Source: Nitrospirota bacterium
GTDB lineage: Bacteria; Nitrospirota; UBA9217
Reading direction: 5' to 3'
DNA: 64,000 nt
Assembly: GCA_963751455.1 (NCBI GenBank)
Contig: CAVVUN010000003.1
Coordinates: 224,001-288,000, forward strand
The notes beneath the pieces are model-generated. The model was not told where the DNA came from, ran no database searches, and was given only the letters and a program-made list of their open reading frames with translations. The translations under genes and the position numbers were made by a program. Shown here piece after piece: positions 30,200 to 41,114 of this stretch (position 1 is its first letter; each line of letters begins with the position of its first letter).

Positions 30200-31066
30200 A
30201 TGAAGAATGAAAGTGATCCAATCTCAAAAAAGGTGGATGAGTTTCTGCAAATCTTCAAAAAAGGGGAGGAGTTCACCCAGGAGCTACTGACTGAAAACGA
30301 GAAGCTCCGGTTACAGGTCGCCGCACTGGAGAAGATTGCACAATCGTCCCCCGGACGCGGCGGCATCGGACCGATTCCGATCGAAGAACGGATACAGGTC
30401 CTGGAACAGGAGAACACGGCCCTTCTCGACAGGTTCCGCGCGGTGGAGGCGGAGAACAAGGATTTCGCCAACCGGTACGTCGAGGTGGAAGCCGAAAATA
30501 ATAATCTGGCGAACCTCTACGTTGCCAGCTACCAGCTTCATTCAACGCTCGATTTCAACGAAGCTGTGAGAATCATCATGGAAATCGTCATGAACCTCGT
30601 CGGGGCCGAGGAGTTCTCCATCATGATGCTCGACGAAAAGACAGAGGAATTGACGATCGTTGCGGGTGAAGGACTGGTCCCTGAGGAAAGGTCAAGCGTC
30701 AAGCTCGGCGAGGGAATCATCGGAAACTCCGCCCTCTCGGACAAAGCCTTTTACCGGGAAGGCGATCCTGCGGATATGAGCGGGGTCGATTACACCCATC
30801 CGCTGGTCTGTATTCCGCTCAAGATCAGCGAGCAGGTCATCGGCGTAATTGCCGTCTATAAGCTGCTTCAGCACAAACAGGCATTGAACAGCATGGATTA
30901 CGAGTTGTTCAGCATGCTGGCCGGCCATGCTGCCACGGCCCTCTATTCGTCCAACCTGTATTCTCATTCAGAGCGGAAGCTTTCCACGATCCAGAGCTTT
31001 CTCGATCTGCTGAAGGAAATAATAAAACGGAGGCGAACATGCCCGATTACACGTTTCTCGTCGTAG
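30200..31066 (+). CDS. Coiled-coil + GAF domain protein
   Basis: FTQELLTENEKLR coiled coil; LANLYVASYQLHSTLD...GEGIIG...CIPLK...VIGVI GAF. Confidence 0.8.
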   Translation: MKNESDPISKKVDEFLQIFKKGEEFTQELLTENEKLRLQVAALEKIAQSSPGRGGIGPIPIEERIQVLEQENTALLDRFRAVEAENKDFANRYVEVEAENNNLANLYVASYQLHSTLDFNEAVRIIMEIVMNLVGAEEFSIMMLDEKTEELTIVAGEGLVPEERSSVKLGEGIIGNSALSDKAFYREGDPADMSGVDYTHPLVCIPLKISEQVIGVIAVYKLLQHKQALNSMDYELFSMLAGHAATALYSSNLYSHSERKLSTIQSFLDLLKEIIKRRRTCPITRFSS

Positions 31067-31417
31067 ATGATTCTCCCACCATGCGCCAGCTTATCTGCTT
31101 CTCGCTCAAACGGATTCCGGGATGCAGGATCGTTGAAGCGAACGACGGCGTCGAAGCCTTGAAGAAGCTTGCGACCGATACTTTTTCGCTGATTCTTACG
31201 GACATCAACATGCCGATCATGGACGGGCTGAAGCTGGTTTCGATGATACGGAACGATCCGAAGTACAAATCGATTCCGATTATCATTATTACTACCGAGG
31301 GCGCCGAGGAAGACCGGAAAGACGGGCCTGGCACTCGGAGCGAACGGCTATGTATCGAAGCCGGTCAAAACCGGGGAGTTGCTGGATATGGTCAATAAAT
31401 TGCTCGGGAATTCATGA
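31039..31417 (+). CDS. cheY: CheY-like response regulator, frameshift ~31320
   Basis: VVDDSPTMR, TDINMP.MDG, IIITTEG; after removing one A: KTGLALGANGYVSKPV...LLGNS*. Confidence 0.85.
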
Positions 31418-31628
31418 AGAACATCGCTGAGAACCGCTGAGGAGAGCCTCTTAGGGTCGGTCTTTCTTCTTGAAGTTATCTTACACCTCTGCTATTGGCA
31501 CGCCCTCTTCGCATAGATTATCATGGCGCAATTTATCGCAGTCTTGATACCTTTTGTTCAATCTGATGTTAAAAGAAGAATATGCTAAACTTTATCTGGA
31601 ACAGATAGTTGCTGTTCAGGAGGTAACC

Positions 31629-32048
31629 ATGCCAAAAAAGAATCTTGATATAGTGAAGACTTTCTTTGAAGCGGGACCGAAGGGTGACATGAGCGCAGCG
31701 CGTGTCGTACTTGATGATAATATCGAATGGATCGAACCCGAGGTGCCCGGGCTTTGGTTTTCGGGCGTTCACAGGGGTGCAGACACCGCATTAGAGGAAG
31801 TGGTGAAGCCGACATTCGAATATATCGATGATTTTAACATCGTGGTAGACGAGTACCTCGACGCTGGTGATGAGATTATTACCCTTGGCAGATTTGTGGG
31901 CAAGAGCAAAAAAACGGGTAAGAAACTCGATATCCCCGCTTGTTTTGTCTGTACGGTAAAGGACGAGAAAATAATCCGCTTCAGAGCCTATCACAACACT
32001 GCCTTATGGTTGGAAGAACTTGGAATGCCCATGAAGAAAGCTGCGTGA
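31629..32048 (+). CDS. SnoaL/NTF2-like protein
   Basis: SD AGGAGG; NLDIVK.F...GD...LDDNIEW...G...GD......G....TGK....VKDEKI. Confidence 0.85.
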   Translation: MPKKNLDIVKTFFEAGPKGDMSAARVVLDDNIEWIEPEVPGLWFSGVHRGADTALEEVVKPTFEYIDDFNIVVDEYLDAGDEIITLGRFVGKSKKTGKKLDIPACFVCTVKDEKIIRFRAYHNTALWLEELGMPMKKAA

Positions 32049-32060
32049 TTTAACCATCGA

Positions 32061-32099
32061 AAAGAACCCTGAGCAATTTCTTAATGCTCAGGGTTCTTT
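32061..32099 (+). terminator. Intrinsic terminator hairpin
   Basis: AAAGAACCCTGAGCA / TGCTCAGGGTTCTTT. Confidence 0.75.
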
Positions 32100-32538
32100 G
32101 CTATCGTTCCTTTTTAGGCACTTCCCTTCCTGGCACATTCCTGATCTAACTTAAACCAATTATAAAGTACCCACACCAAACCCTGAAGCCCCCTTTTAAA
32201 AATATCTCAGTTTCAGATTCATACTCTTGGACTTTTTACTTAAACTTCCGCTAAACTCCCCCTCAATCCCATGTTTCCAGCAGCTCCGTACCTTGCAAAT
32301 AATTATTGTTGTTGCTGCACTTTTTTCGTCTCCGCACATGGCCCAAACCTTTTACTTTTTGTAACAGATTTATCAACAGGTAAATAGAGATTTCCTCATG
32401 CTCGGAATTACAGTTTGACAGGCCCCTGATTGCGCGCTATAAATTCCTTTAATGAATCAAGGTTAAAGGAAACCGGTAACTTACAGTTCATAGTCAGAGT
32501 TCATTGGGCGCAGACTTTATACAGGAAGGGAGGTAACG

Positions 32539-32616
32539 ATGAAGTGTTGTGAGGAGCTCATGGAAGCGATCAGGTTGGATCTTGCAGATTTCTATGGATT
32601 GGAAGTTACGTGGTGA
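32539..32616 (+). CDS. 25-aa small protein MKCCEELMEAIRLDLADFYGLEVTW
   Basis: SD GGAGGT; promoter TTGACA(32415)-17-TATAAA; terminator 32655-32714. Confidence 0.55.
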   Translation: MKCCEELMEAIRLDLADFYGLEVTW

Positions 32617-32857
32617 ATTAGAGGTTAAGGCGGATTTTAAACTCAAGCCTCTTAGAGTCAACCATTAAGGGCAGTAACATGTTAGGGCTCTTAAATGATT
32701 GACTCCTTTTTTTTGCAAGTCACATCAGCACGTCTTCAGGCGCGGTCTGAACAGAATTTCTTTTAGTGACCCGTAGTGTAGAAGTCTTCTCTGTGAAGAC
32801 GAAGGGTGACCGTTGCTTTATTTGCCGCCTTCAACGTATAATATGCTTAGGTGGTGA

Positions 32858-33091
32858 GTGGAAGTGTTTGATGTGGAACCGGTCAACAGCACGTGTCCTT
32901 ATTGCGGTGAGCCTATTGAGCTCCTCGTCGATAGCTCCGTAAGAAAGCAGAATTATATTGAAGACTGTCAAGTTTGCTGCAGACCGATTTCTGTTGCTAA
33001 TTTCATACCAGTTGATAGTGACACCCAGTATCATCTTAACTCACTGCACGCCGCGCTGTTACTATATGTTCTGCATTTTTTCACCGGATAG
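32858..33091 (+). CDS. CPXCG-motif cysteine-rich protein (3' end possibly degenerate)
   Basis: CPYCGE..ELLVD.S...[14 protein letters not shown]. Confidence 0.75.
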   Translation: MEVFDVEPVNSTCPYCGEPIELLVDSSVRKQNYIEDCQVCCRPISVANFIPVDSDTQYHLNSLHAALLLYVLHFFTG

Positions 33092-33895
33092 CACCACGTA
33101 GCTGAAATAATCGATATTCCCCGAAAAATGGGACCATATTTCCGACATCCTCGTAATGTTTGCTCTGCACGAAAGTACTTTCCGTGCAATCTGCAGGCTG
33201 TTTATCAAACCCTCGTCGCGCAGAAAACCGCGAATGCTGAGCAGGCCGAAGGGATGCTCCTCACCCTTCACACGAATGAAACCCGCCTGGCGCAGCTTCT
33301 CGATCCATTCCTGATTTGAATGGAAGTTGAGTGTCTTGCAGCCGCAGATAGCATTCGTTTTTTCCCGCACGTCAGCGGGCGGATTTTTCGTCCAGCAGAA
33401 CTCGAGCCCGCTGAATACCCCTCCGCTTTTCAGCACCCTGCTGACTTCAGCCAAAGCCCTCTCCTGGTCTACAAACATCATTACAGCCTGGCAGATAACG
33501 GCATGAAACATTCCATCATTGAAATTTAAATTGTGGACATCGCCGACCAGGCTCTCCACTCTGCCCGAAAGGCCTTCCTGTGCTATTTGCTTCCTTGCCT
33601 CTTCAACGGACCGTTCTGAAATGTCAATGCTCGTTATCCGGCATTGGTATTTTTTCGCAATATGGCAGGCCGCATGTCCGCTTCCGCCGCCTATTTCAAG
33701 CACGCGATCGCCGGGTGCGAGTTTGAGTCTGTCCAGGATCTGGTCCCTGCCCTGGACACCCCCCGGATTTATAACACGCTTACCCAGGTACGCCATAAAA
33801 TCATATGTATTTAAATGAATGATGTCGCGATGCGAAAGGTTGTTCCAATCGATTGTTCTGCAGATTCCTGAAGATGGGACATGATCGTTCGCCAC
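33062..33895 (-). CDS. Class I SAM-dependent methyltransferase
   Basis: [35 protein letters not shown]. Confidence 0.9.
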   Translation of the reverse strand: MANDHVPSSGICRTIDWNNLSHRDIIHLNTYDFMAYLGKRVINPGGVQGRDQILDRLKLAPGDRVLEIGGGSGHAACHIAKKYQCRITSIDISERSVEEARKQIAQEGLSGRVESLVGDVHNLNFNDGMFHAVICQAVMMFVDQERALAEVSRVLKSGGVFSGLEFCWTKNPPADVREKTNAICGCKTLNFHSNQEWIEKLRQAGFIRVKGEEHPFGLLSIRGFLRDEGLINSLQIARKVLSCRANITRMSEIWSHFSGNIDYFSYVVLSGEKMQNI

Positions 33896-34171
33896 TGTTT
33901 TTCTCCTTTGAAGGAAAAGATCTGCGTATTTGATTCCTGTGTATTTAAAGTATAATCAGATTTTTGTTGCTGTCAATTTTCTAAGCCTTTTCGCCTTATC
34001 GATTTTGTGCGTGTCCGAAACATTTGAAATATTCTGCTTGAACCGGAAAAATGTCTCATCCTTAATTCGTAGTTTAATGAAGGGATCATCTCAGCATCTT
34101 AGGGGTTCACCTTCTTGTGGCTTGACATGAACGCGACATATCAGGGTCAGGTTGTTCCGGGCTTTTGAAGA

Positions 34172-34280
34172 ATTCTTTTGAGTGGTTCGACAGGACTTCG
34201 ACGAGCTCAGTCGAGTCGCTCACCACGAACGGATGAAAGTAAATAATTCCAACGATCCTTCCGTTCACCCGTCGAAGGGT
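34172..34280. repeat. CTTCGAC..GCTCA REP-like element
   Basis: GTGGTTCGAC..GACTTCGACGAGCTCAGTCGAGTC..CTCACCACGAACGG...CCGTTCA..GTCGAAGGG; partial copies at 46687 and 53582. Confidence 0.6.
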
Positions 34281-34362
34281 TTCATTTTGACATTTCCCTT
34301 TTTCTCTGCTACTGTCTTGCCAAAATGTCCTGATGCTGACGATGGATTGCAAGGAGGGTACA

Positions 34363-34803
34363 ATGCGCAACGTATATACCGCCGGGTTGTTCGTGATCTT
34401 GTTGATCGTGTCCGTGGTCGCTTACGCGGCAACGGCAACACCGACGTCCTGTTCTGTCTGCGGTGCGAAAATCACCGAGGCTGACATGCGGTTTTCTCTA
34501 TATATTACTGAAGGCATGGAGGCCCATGCCTTTGACGATATCGGCTGCGCAGTGATCTTTTACGCTGATTTATGTGCCTCGCGTTCAATGGCTTTCGATA
34601 ATTTTGCCATGGTTCGCGACTATGGATCCGGTGAAGATGTTCCCGTGGACAAGGCCTTTTATGTACGCGGTGCGAACATTAAAACGCCGAGAGGATACGG
34701 CATCGTCGCATTTAAGACCATGGAAGCAGCGAAATCGTTCGCATCGGGGCAGGGGGCAACTCTGCTGAAGTATTCGGAGTTTTCATCTTTGAAATTGAAA
34801 TAA
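34363..34803 (+). CDS. nosL: NosL-family copper chaperone-like protein
   Basis: CSVCG.....FDDIGC...VRDY....AFYV.G..IKTP.GYGIVAF..AKSF. Confidence 0.75.
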   Translation: MRNVYTAGLFVILLIVSVVAYAATATPTSCSVCGAKITEADMRFSLYITEGMEAHAFDDIGCAVIFYADLCASRSMAFDNFAMVRDYGSGEDVPVDKAFYVRGANIKTPRGYGIVAFKTMEAAKSFASGQGATLLKYSEFSSLKLK

Positions 34804-35080
34804 CGAAAAGGGTCACCTCAACGTGATACAGTTTATGGTTTTTAGTTCTTAGTTTCTTGTTCAAATCCGAAAACTCTCCTGCCGAGCCTTTCTTACTTTC
34901 CCGCCATTTCTGTTCTTGACTTCACGCACAGCTTCCTTATTATAGTTGAGCATTATAATCCGGAGTAAATAGGGACAGGGTCCGGGTGCAGGGTCCAGGG
35001 TCCGGGGACCGGGGTCGAAAGGTGTTATGACTTACAATGATATATTGCGAAGGTTCCGCTATGCTTTGAATATCAATGAT

Positions 35081-36704
35081 CCTAAAAACGGCAGTTGAGT
35101 CTATTTTCACATTGGCTGAGGCAGCAAAGCTGGCGTCGAGAGGGGTTTCCCCTTCAGGATTTTGTTGAATGCACGGCTTAAGATCAACCTCCAACGTTCC
35201 GCCTGCGTCAACTGCTCCGCAGTTTCCCGGAGTCTTCTCAGAAACAGGGCGATCTCATTGAGCGTGCCCTGTATTTTCTCCGTCTTTGCGTGAGCGCTTG
35301 TAATGGTCACGGTAGTCTGGCTCTGGTGATATGTTTGTTTGGCGACCGCATGAAGAAGCAACGGCCGGCTCGTAACAGCCTCCAGATGCTTGTCCGGTCG
35401 GGCGAGCCGCACAAAGAGGGACCACCAGTTGTAGATCAACGCCACGATCCGGGCCATATAGCCACAGCGTTTCAGATCTTTGGTCGTATAGCCTCCCCAC
35501 CCCCACTGATTTTTCAGTTCATCGAAATTGTTCTCAGCATCGGCCCGATCCCGGTAGTGCTGCGCGATGGTAAGGACTTCGCCCGGAATGGTTGTGGCCA
35601 GCACTGCGTATTCATACCGCTTTGCGGTTCCATTCGTCTCGACGAAACCAAGCTCCATCTGATCCTTGTCTTTCTCACTGATGACGACATCGCCCTTGAG
35701 CGCCCGTCGAAGTACGATGACGCGCCGCTTTATCTTCCACCCCATAAGCTGAAGTTCTTCTTCCACACCTTCCCATCCCTGACCGGCTTGCTGCCAACCA
35801 TTCCGCTGAAATGTCTTTTCGATGAGCTTCCGCACGTTTTTGGTGAGGCGGAGCTTGACCAGATAGGGCAGGCCTTTTGTTTCCGCCTGGGACATGAAGA
35901 CGTCATTTCCCCAGCCTGAATCGCCCCGAAAAAACGCGGGCCAGTGACGTTTTGGAATGGAGCCCAGCAACTCCCACAAGCCCGGCGTGCTATAGCAGGT
36001 TGCGGTTTTGTTGCCCGCCTGTACCTCGACATCCAGCACGAGCCGGGTGTTGGCCATCAGATAGCTGTGGTAGGTATGAGACGGCCTGCCAGGCTTGTGA
36101 GGATTATAGCCGACCACTGCGCCTTCCTGTTTCCCGTACAGCGGTTTTACCGTGGTGTCGCCATCCATGATCCAGGACACAGAAAGCAGCGCGTCATAAC
36201 AACGCCTGACATGTTCCTTGAGCCAATGCACCCCCTGAGTTTCATCTATCTGGCGCAGGGCTTTTCGCACCGAGTCCTCACTCACGACGGCGGTCATGCC
36301 GAGCAGGCCGGGATTGACGTTGTCGCACCGAACGTTCGTAATATGCGAGTAGCGATGGTGGCCGGCCAGAACAGACAATAACACCGTGCCCAGCACATCT
36401 CGCTTTTCCGGTGCATTGGGGCTTGTGTAGTGAAGCGGACAATCAGCAACCCAGGGATCGTAGAGACCGCCGGTCTTCAGAAAATCGATGAAAAATGCCA
36501 TCTGTCCCAGTGGCGTAACGGCTGCAGTCGGATCCCATTCTACGTGGATACGACCGCTGAACGTATCGACCGCAACTCCCTCTGGTTTCCGTGCAGACAA
36601 CGATCTATTTGGTTCACCCATTGGGCGAGTCCTCCTCTTCGGGTTAATTGCTGCAATATCCATCAATTAACTTCGTTTGACAAGGACCAACTGCTCTTTT
36701 AAGG
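35081..36704 (-). mobile_element. IS1380-family element (1624 bp)
   Basis: Ends CCTAAAAACGGCAGTTG / CAACTGCTCTTTTAAGG; 5-bp TSD ATGAT (35076-35080, 36705-36709). Confidence 0.9.
35107..36666 (-). CDS. IS1380-family DDE transposase
   Basis: IMDGDTTVKPLYGKQEGA..GYNP.K.GRPS, FRGDSG, YRDRADAENNFDELK. Confidence 0.9.
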   Translation of the reverse strand: MMDIAAINPKRRTRPMGEPNRSLSARKPEGVAVDTFSGRIHVEWDPTAAVTPLGQMAFFIDFLKTGGLYDPWVADCPLHYTSPNAPEKRDVLGTVLLSVLAGHHRYSHITNVRCDNVNPGLLGMTAVVSEDSVRKALRQIDETQGVHWLKEHVRRCYDALLSVSWIMDGDTTVKPLYGKQEGAVVGYNPHKPGRPSHTYHSYLMANTRLVLDVEVQAGNKTATCYSTPGLWELLGSIPKRHWPAFFRGDSGWGNDVFMSQAETKGLPYLVKLRLTKNVRKLIEKTFQRNGWQQAGQGWEGVEEELQLMGWKIKRRVIVLRRALKGDVVISEKDKDQMELGFVETNGTAKRYEYAVLATTIPGEVLTIAQHYRDRADAENNFDELKNQWGWGGYTTKDLKRCGYMARIVALIYNWWSLFVRLARPDKHLEAVTSRPLLLHAVAKQTYHQSQTTVTITSAHAKTEKIQGTLNEIALFLRRLRETAEQLTQAERWRLILSRAFNKILKGKPLSTPALLPQPM

Positions 36705-37252
36705 ATGATCGAAGCATGCTCGATATTTTCCGGCTTGGTGAGCATCCGATGGATCTAGCCGGCCTGAAAGACCTGCTGAAAAAAGAGGGCGAGCAAGGCT
36801 ATGTTGTGTGCAGCAGTAAGGTCCTGGGTTCTTTTTTGGACGGGTTCATTATTTACAAACGGGGCAGGCAGGAACCGAAGGCAGGGGAGATCAAACGCCC
36901 TGATCCTGAGTTGACGAACAATGTTATTTTGAGGAAAATTCGGATCGCCCTTGAATTAAAAGAGGACGATATGCTCGGCATATTGAAGCTTGCGAAGGTT
37001 ACTATCTCGAAATCCGAATTAAGCGCTTTTTTCAGGGCTACGGAACATAAAAATTTCAAGTCATGCGGGGACCAGATTTTGAGGAACTTTTTAACCGGGC
37101 TTGCTCTTCGGTATCGGCCTGGGGACGGTTTTTAGTTTCGAGTTATTAGTTTTTAGTAATTATCCGCACCTGAACACTCAGCACGTCGGCCAGTTCTCTA
37201 CTCTACCTCCTGGTTCTTCTCGTGGTTCCTCCTGGTTCCTGTGGTTCCCGAA

Positions 37253-38430
37253 TCATGCAAGCGGCAGCGTGAAAGTTAACGTGCTTCCCTTTCCTTTTGT
37301 GCTTGCTGCCCATATTCTTCCGCCGTGGCGCTCCACGATCTGGCGCGTAATGGAGAGACCGAGTCCCGTGCCTTCGATCGCGTTGCCTGATCCCTGATGG
37401 GCGCGATGAAACTTCTCGAAGACGCGCTCAAGATCGTCCTCGGATATGCCGATGCCGCTGTCGGAAATCTCGACCACGGCATAGCGTGCGGGAGAGCCTT
37501 CCAGGCGGACAGCGACATGTATCCGGCCTGCTTCTGGCGTAAATTTTACAGCGTTGGAGAAAATATTCGTAACAACCTGTACGAGGCGGTCGTGGTCTCC
37601 CGGGACCCGGGGCAGCGCTGCGAAATCCGTCGTGACAGTAAGCTTTTTGTTCTCGAACAGCGGCGCCATGCCGGCGAGCACATCGCGAATCAGCTGTTCG
37701 ATGAAAATCTCGCTCGCCCGCCATTTCATGGACCCGGCTTCAATCCTGGCCAGATCGAGCAGGTCCGCGACAAGGCGGGCCAGGCGGTCGGTTTCCGAGT
37801 TAATCGTCTTCTTCAGCTTCAGTTTCCGCTCTTCCGTCATGCCCTGCTTCACAAGAAGCAGTTCGACGAACGCCTTGATCGTCGTAAGCGGCGTCCGCAG
37901 CTCATGCGAGACCGTGGAAATGAAGTTCGATTTCATGGTGTCGAGCGACTTGAGCTTCTCGTTCGCCTCCTGGAGCCGGCCGATCAGCTGCTCCCGCTCC
38001 TCCTCGGAGCGCTTTCTGGCGGTGATGTCGTTCACGATGCAGACGAAGGCAAGCGGCTCGCCGCTGCCGTTCCGCATTGCGGAAATGGAAAGGCTCACCG
38101 TCCGCCGTATGTTTTTTTCGGGCTGAAATTCCAGTTCGACATTCGAGCCCGAGCCGCTCAGGATCGCGGATTCGAGCTTTTGAGCAAAAGCGGGCTGGTT
38201 GACGATACTGTCCGTAAGCCGTTTGCCCACAACGTCCTCTTCCCGCCAGTCAAACAGGCCGCATGTCGCAGTGTTTACCAGGACGACAATGCCGTCATCC
38301 GGATCAAGCACAATCAGTTTCTCGTTCATGGTCTCGATAATCTGTCCGGAAGCGAACGCGGGCGTGATCGAAAGGAACCGGTAGCGCAGGATTGCGTAGC
38401 CGGCGATGAGAGTGAAGAGAAAGACCGCTA
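37253..38430 (-). pseudogene. PAS-HisKA-HATPase sensor kinase, N-terminal membrane part truncated
   Basis: SHELRTPLT, NAVKFT, DSGIG, GTGLGL; upstream GYAILRYRFLSITP (last TM of a membrane sensor) ends abruptly ~38430. Confidence 0.75.
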
Positions 38431-38728
38431 CCTACCCTGCACGCGTCGACCGTGAGCACCAGGTCAAAGCGTGCGACTTATCTCAAGAGCGCGGATTTGG
38501 CTCGCCGGGTGATGATCGAGGAGTTTTTTGCCGGAGCACAATGAAGATAGCATAATACATTTTAAAAATAAAGATACTTATCTTTCTTATCAACAGGAAC
38601 AAAATATCCCATCACGATTCTTGACATTTAACCGTAGGCGATTATAATCATCGCATTGGAAAATATTTTCCTTATGGCACGCGTGTTCCATGCTATTTGC
38701 CGCAAATCCTTCTTATCGGGAGATATTC

Positions 38729-39289
38729 ATGCGATCTAAAAAAACAGTTGCAGTTGCGTTTGCAGCGGTCCTGACCGTGGCGGCATGTGCTTCAGGGCCG
38801 CCGAAGGTGATCCATGTCGACCAGATGAAGGACCCGGGTCTGGGGATGATCTACGGACAGGTACGCCTGCCCCAGCCCGACTGGCTCCTGAACCTGGTAA
38901 TGATCCAGCACGTCGGGAAGGTGTATGTCGGCAGACTGGGCGAGAAGGTCCAGGTCACGCGAGACGGACGGTTCGCCGCTTCGAATCTGAAACCGGGGAA
39001 ATATATGCTTGCCGGGTTTGCGATAGGGCAGACACGGAGCATGCTCGGGAAAGAAGCCCTCAAATACACGGTGGAAGTAAAGCCGGGCGGGGTCCATTTC
39101 ATCGGCATCTATAACTATATCGAAGGCAGAGCCGGGAATATGGTCAGGCCGGGAAGCTTCGATCTGCAGGCTGACCATCGGAAGTCATCTCATGTGGAGC
39201 TCCTGAACTGGGCGGAGGAAGCTACCCGCGAGACCAAATGGCATGGAGGTATAAAAAGAAAACTGGCCGAAATCCAGAAGGGCCAGTAG
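38729..39289 (+). CDS. Hypothetical lipoprotein
   Basis: Lipobox VAAC; F...NLKPGKY, VKPG.V.FIG. Confidence 0.75.
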   Translation: MRSKKTVAVAFAAVLTVAACASGPPKVIHVDQMKDPGLGMIYGQVRLPQPDWLLNLVMIQHVGKVYVGRLGEKVQVTRDGRFAASNLKPGKYMLAGFAIGQTRSMLGKEALKYTVEVKPGGVHFIGIYNYIEGRAGNMVRPGSFDLQADHRKSSHVELLNWAEEATRETKWHGGIKRKLAEIQKGQ

Positions 39290-39371
39290 GCGGGGGAATA
39301 GAGAACCTCTCAGGGTAAGGTTTTTAATGTTTGACTTCCGCTGACCACTTCATCAGAGGAGCACTCTTAGT

Positions 39372-39701
39372 GTGACGAACAAGGAATTTGGAACCGATTC
39401 TTTCTGCGCCTGGGAGGGCGACACGCTGGTACTGAACATTCTCGGGAAACCCGGCTCAAACCGGGACGCGATCGGCAAGATAAAAGGCAACCAACTCAAG
39501 GTGAGTGTGACTGCGTCGCCGGTGGCGGGCAGAGCAACCGATCACATGATCCGGTTTCTTGCAGAAGAATTTGGCGTGTCGCTCAAGGATATTCAGGTTG
39601 TGTTTGGCAGATTCAATGTCAACAAGCAGCTTCGGATCAGGTCGCCGAAAAAACTGCCATCCGTGATCAGCAAACATTTATCCCAGATACGCCTGATATA
39701 G
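39372..39701 (+). CDS. DUF167 (YggU-like) protein
   Basis: KPGS.RDAI......LKVSVTA.PV.GRA...LAEEFGV....V.G....K. Confidence 0.85.
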   Translation: MTNKEFGTDSFCAWEGDTLVLNILGKPGSNRDAIGKIKGNQLKVSVTASPVAGRATDHMIRFLAEEFGVSLKDIQVVFGRFNVNKQLRIRSPKKLPSVISKHLSQIRLI

Positions 39702-39758
39702 ACACAACTTCTCGCCGCCGAATTCTTTCTGCTATCTTCATCATTGTCATTTCCTCCG

Positions 39759-39947
39759 CTAGGAGTCTGTCGGACTTAACAAGCCGATCGAAGACAGTTT
39801 TGTTACATTTCGCTGATCCTCAGCGTTTGATTGGTCCGTCGCTGATCAAAATAGATGGTAACTTGTTTTTTCTTATCGCTATCAACTCAAGGCATGCAAC
39901 CTTTTCAGGTTCCAAGCGATGCAGACCAGGTCCCATTCGCCTTGTAC
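39759..39947 (-). mobile_element. IS1182-family right-end remnant
   Basis: Minus strand VQGEWDLVCIAWNLKRLHALS* followed by end-like AAGTCCGACAGACTCCTAG. Confidence 0.65.
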
Positions 39948-39980
39948 AGAGGCAAATCCTGGTGCTAACGTCGATGTTTG

Positions 39981-41114
39981 ATGCCAATGCAGTCAAAAAC
40001 CAAAAAAAGACTTAGCGTCGTACTCGTCGTTCTTGCCCTGCTTCTTCTCGTACCCGCAGGGTTCGCGTATCGGCTCGGCATCATTCCCCGGATAGACCGT
40101 ATCCAGACCTTTCACGCGCCGGTCTTCGGACCGGACGGCCGGGAGGTCTATTACCTGACGAGGAACGCCTGGGGCGTCTCCTGGGGTCCCGGCATAGAAT
40201 TCTTTACCCCGCCCACTGCCGTGATCGTGCTGAGCGACCGCTTTTCCCTTCAGCGGACAAGCCGCGAAACAGAAAAAACAAGGACGGTCCATACCTGGCG
40301 GGCGCAGCATGCGCTCAAGCCGAAAACGCAGTACCGCAATTATCTCTTCGGCTTCCCCGACTGCGAGCTTAAGTGGAACGGCCGCACGCTTCATTACAAG
40401 ATAGGCCTTGACTTCCTTCCCAATGACCCGTCTTACCTTTCAATCAATGAATGGACTATCGGTTCATGGAACGCGGATACCGCGAACCTTTTTGAAACAA
40501 ATACGTGGAAGTCCGGCTATCAGACGACTGACCGCTGGACCGAGCAGATCCTCTCCGGCCCCTTCGAGCTCGTGGATTATAAAAGCCAGGCGCTCATCCT
40601 GTACGATTCGGTTCTGCAGACGCGAACGCCGCTCCGTGTTTCCAGTTCCGGCACAGCGCAGCTGCGGGAGGAGATTGCGACAGCGGAGCTGAAGGATTAT
40701 ACGCATCGGGCGCAATTGGAGCGGAGCAGGGCGATCCGTGAAGCCTACGCGGAAACGGTAGCAGTTTTTCAGGCGCAGGGACCTCCCGAAGGCGAAGCAA
40801 TGCTGCGGGCCAGTGATGAGATGGAAAAGAAGGGATATTATCCCAAAACGCCCAAACTCGAAGCGAAAAAAATCGAAAGCATCCCGCAGGGCGTAAAGGT
40901 CTTCTCGATCACGAACGACGAGTTCCGGTTCGGCCTGTTTCAGGATATCGAGGAAGCAATCGCAAAACCGGGCAAAGAGGCCCGTTTTTCAGGAAAGTAC
41001 ATTACGCATCGGGATTTCGATACGAGCCGGAAACTGAACGAGTATCTTGAGGCAGGGAACAAAGCGTTTATCGTGAAGACCGACAAGGGGATGTTTCTTT
41101 TGTCCGTCCTGTAG
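39981..41114 (+). CDS. Membrane-anchored hypothetical protein
   Basis: N-terminal TM; PVFGPDGREVYY (PD40-like). Confidence 0.7.
   Translation: MPMQSKTKKRLSVVLVVLALLLLVPAGFAYRLGIIPRIDRIQTFHAPVFGPDGREVYYLTRNAWGVSWGPGIEFFTPPTAVIVLSDRFSLQRTSRETEKTRTVHTWRAQHALKPKTQYRNYLFGFPDCELKWNGRTLHYKIGLDFLPNDPSYLSINEWTIGSWNADTANLFETNTWKSGYQTTDRWTEQILSGPFELVDYKSQALILYDSVLQTRTPLRVSSSGTAQLREEIATAELKDYTHRAQLERSRAIREAYAETVAVFQAQGPPEGEAMLRASDEMEKKGYYPKTPKLEAKKIESIPQGVKVFSITNDEFRFGLFQDIEEAIAKPGKEARFSGKYITHRDFDTSRKLNEYLEAGNKAFIVKTDKGMFLLSVL

Larger units (their letters stand above)
35027..37135 (+). pseudogene. DUF1456 (YehS-like) gene interrupted by IS1380
   Basis: MTYNDILRRFRYALNIND (35027-35080) joins in frame to RSMLDIF...LTNNVILRKIRIAL (36710 on). 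Confidence 0.9.

Noticed and set aside
37397-38455. 352-aa + strand ORF
   Set aside because: Antisense shadow of the histidine kinase
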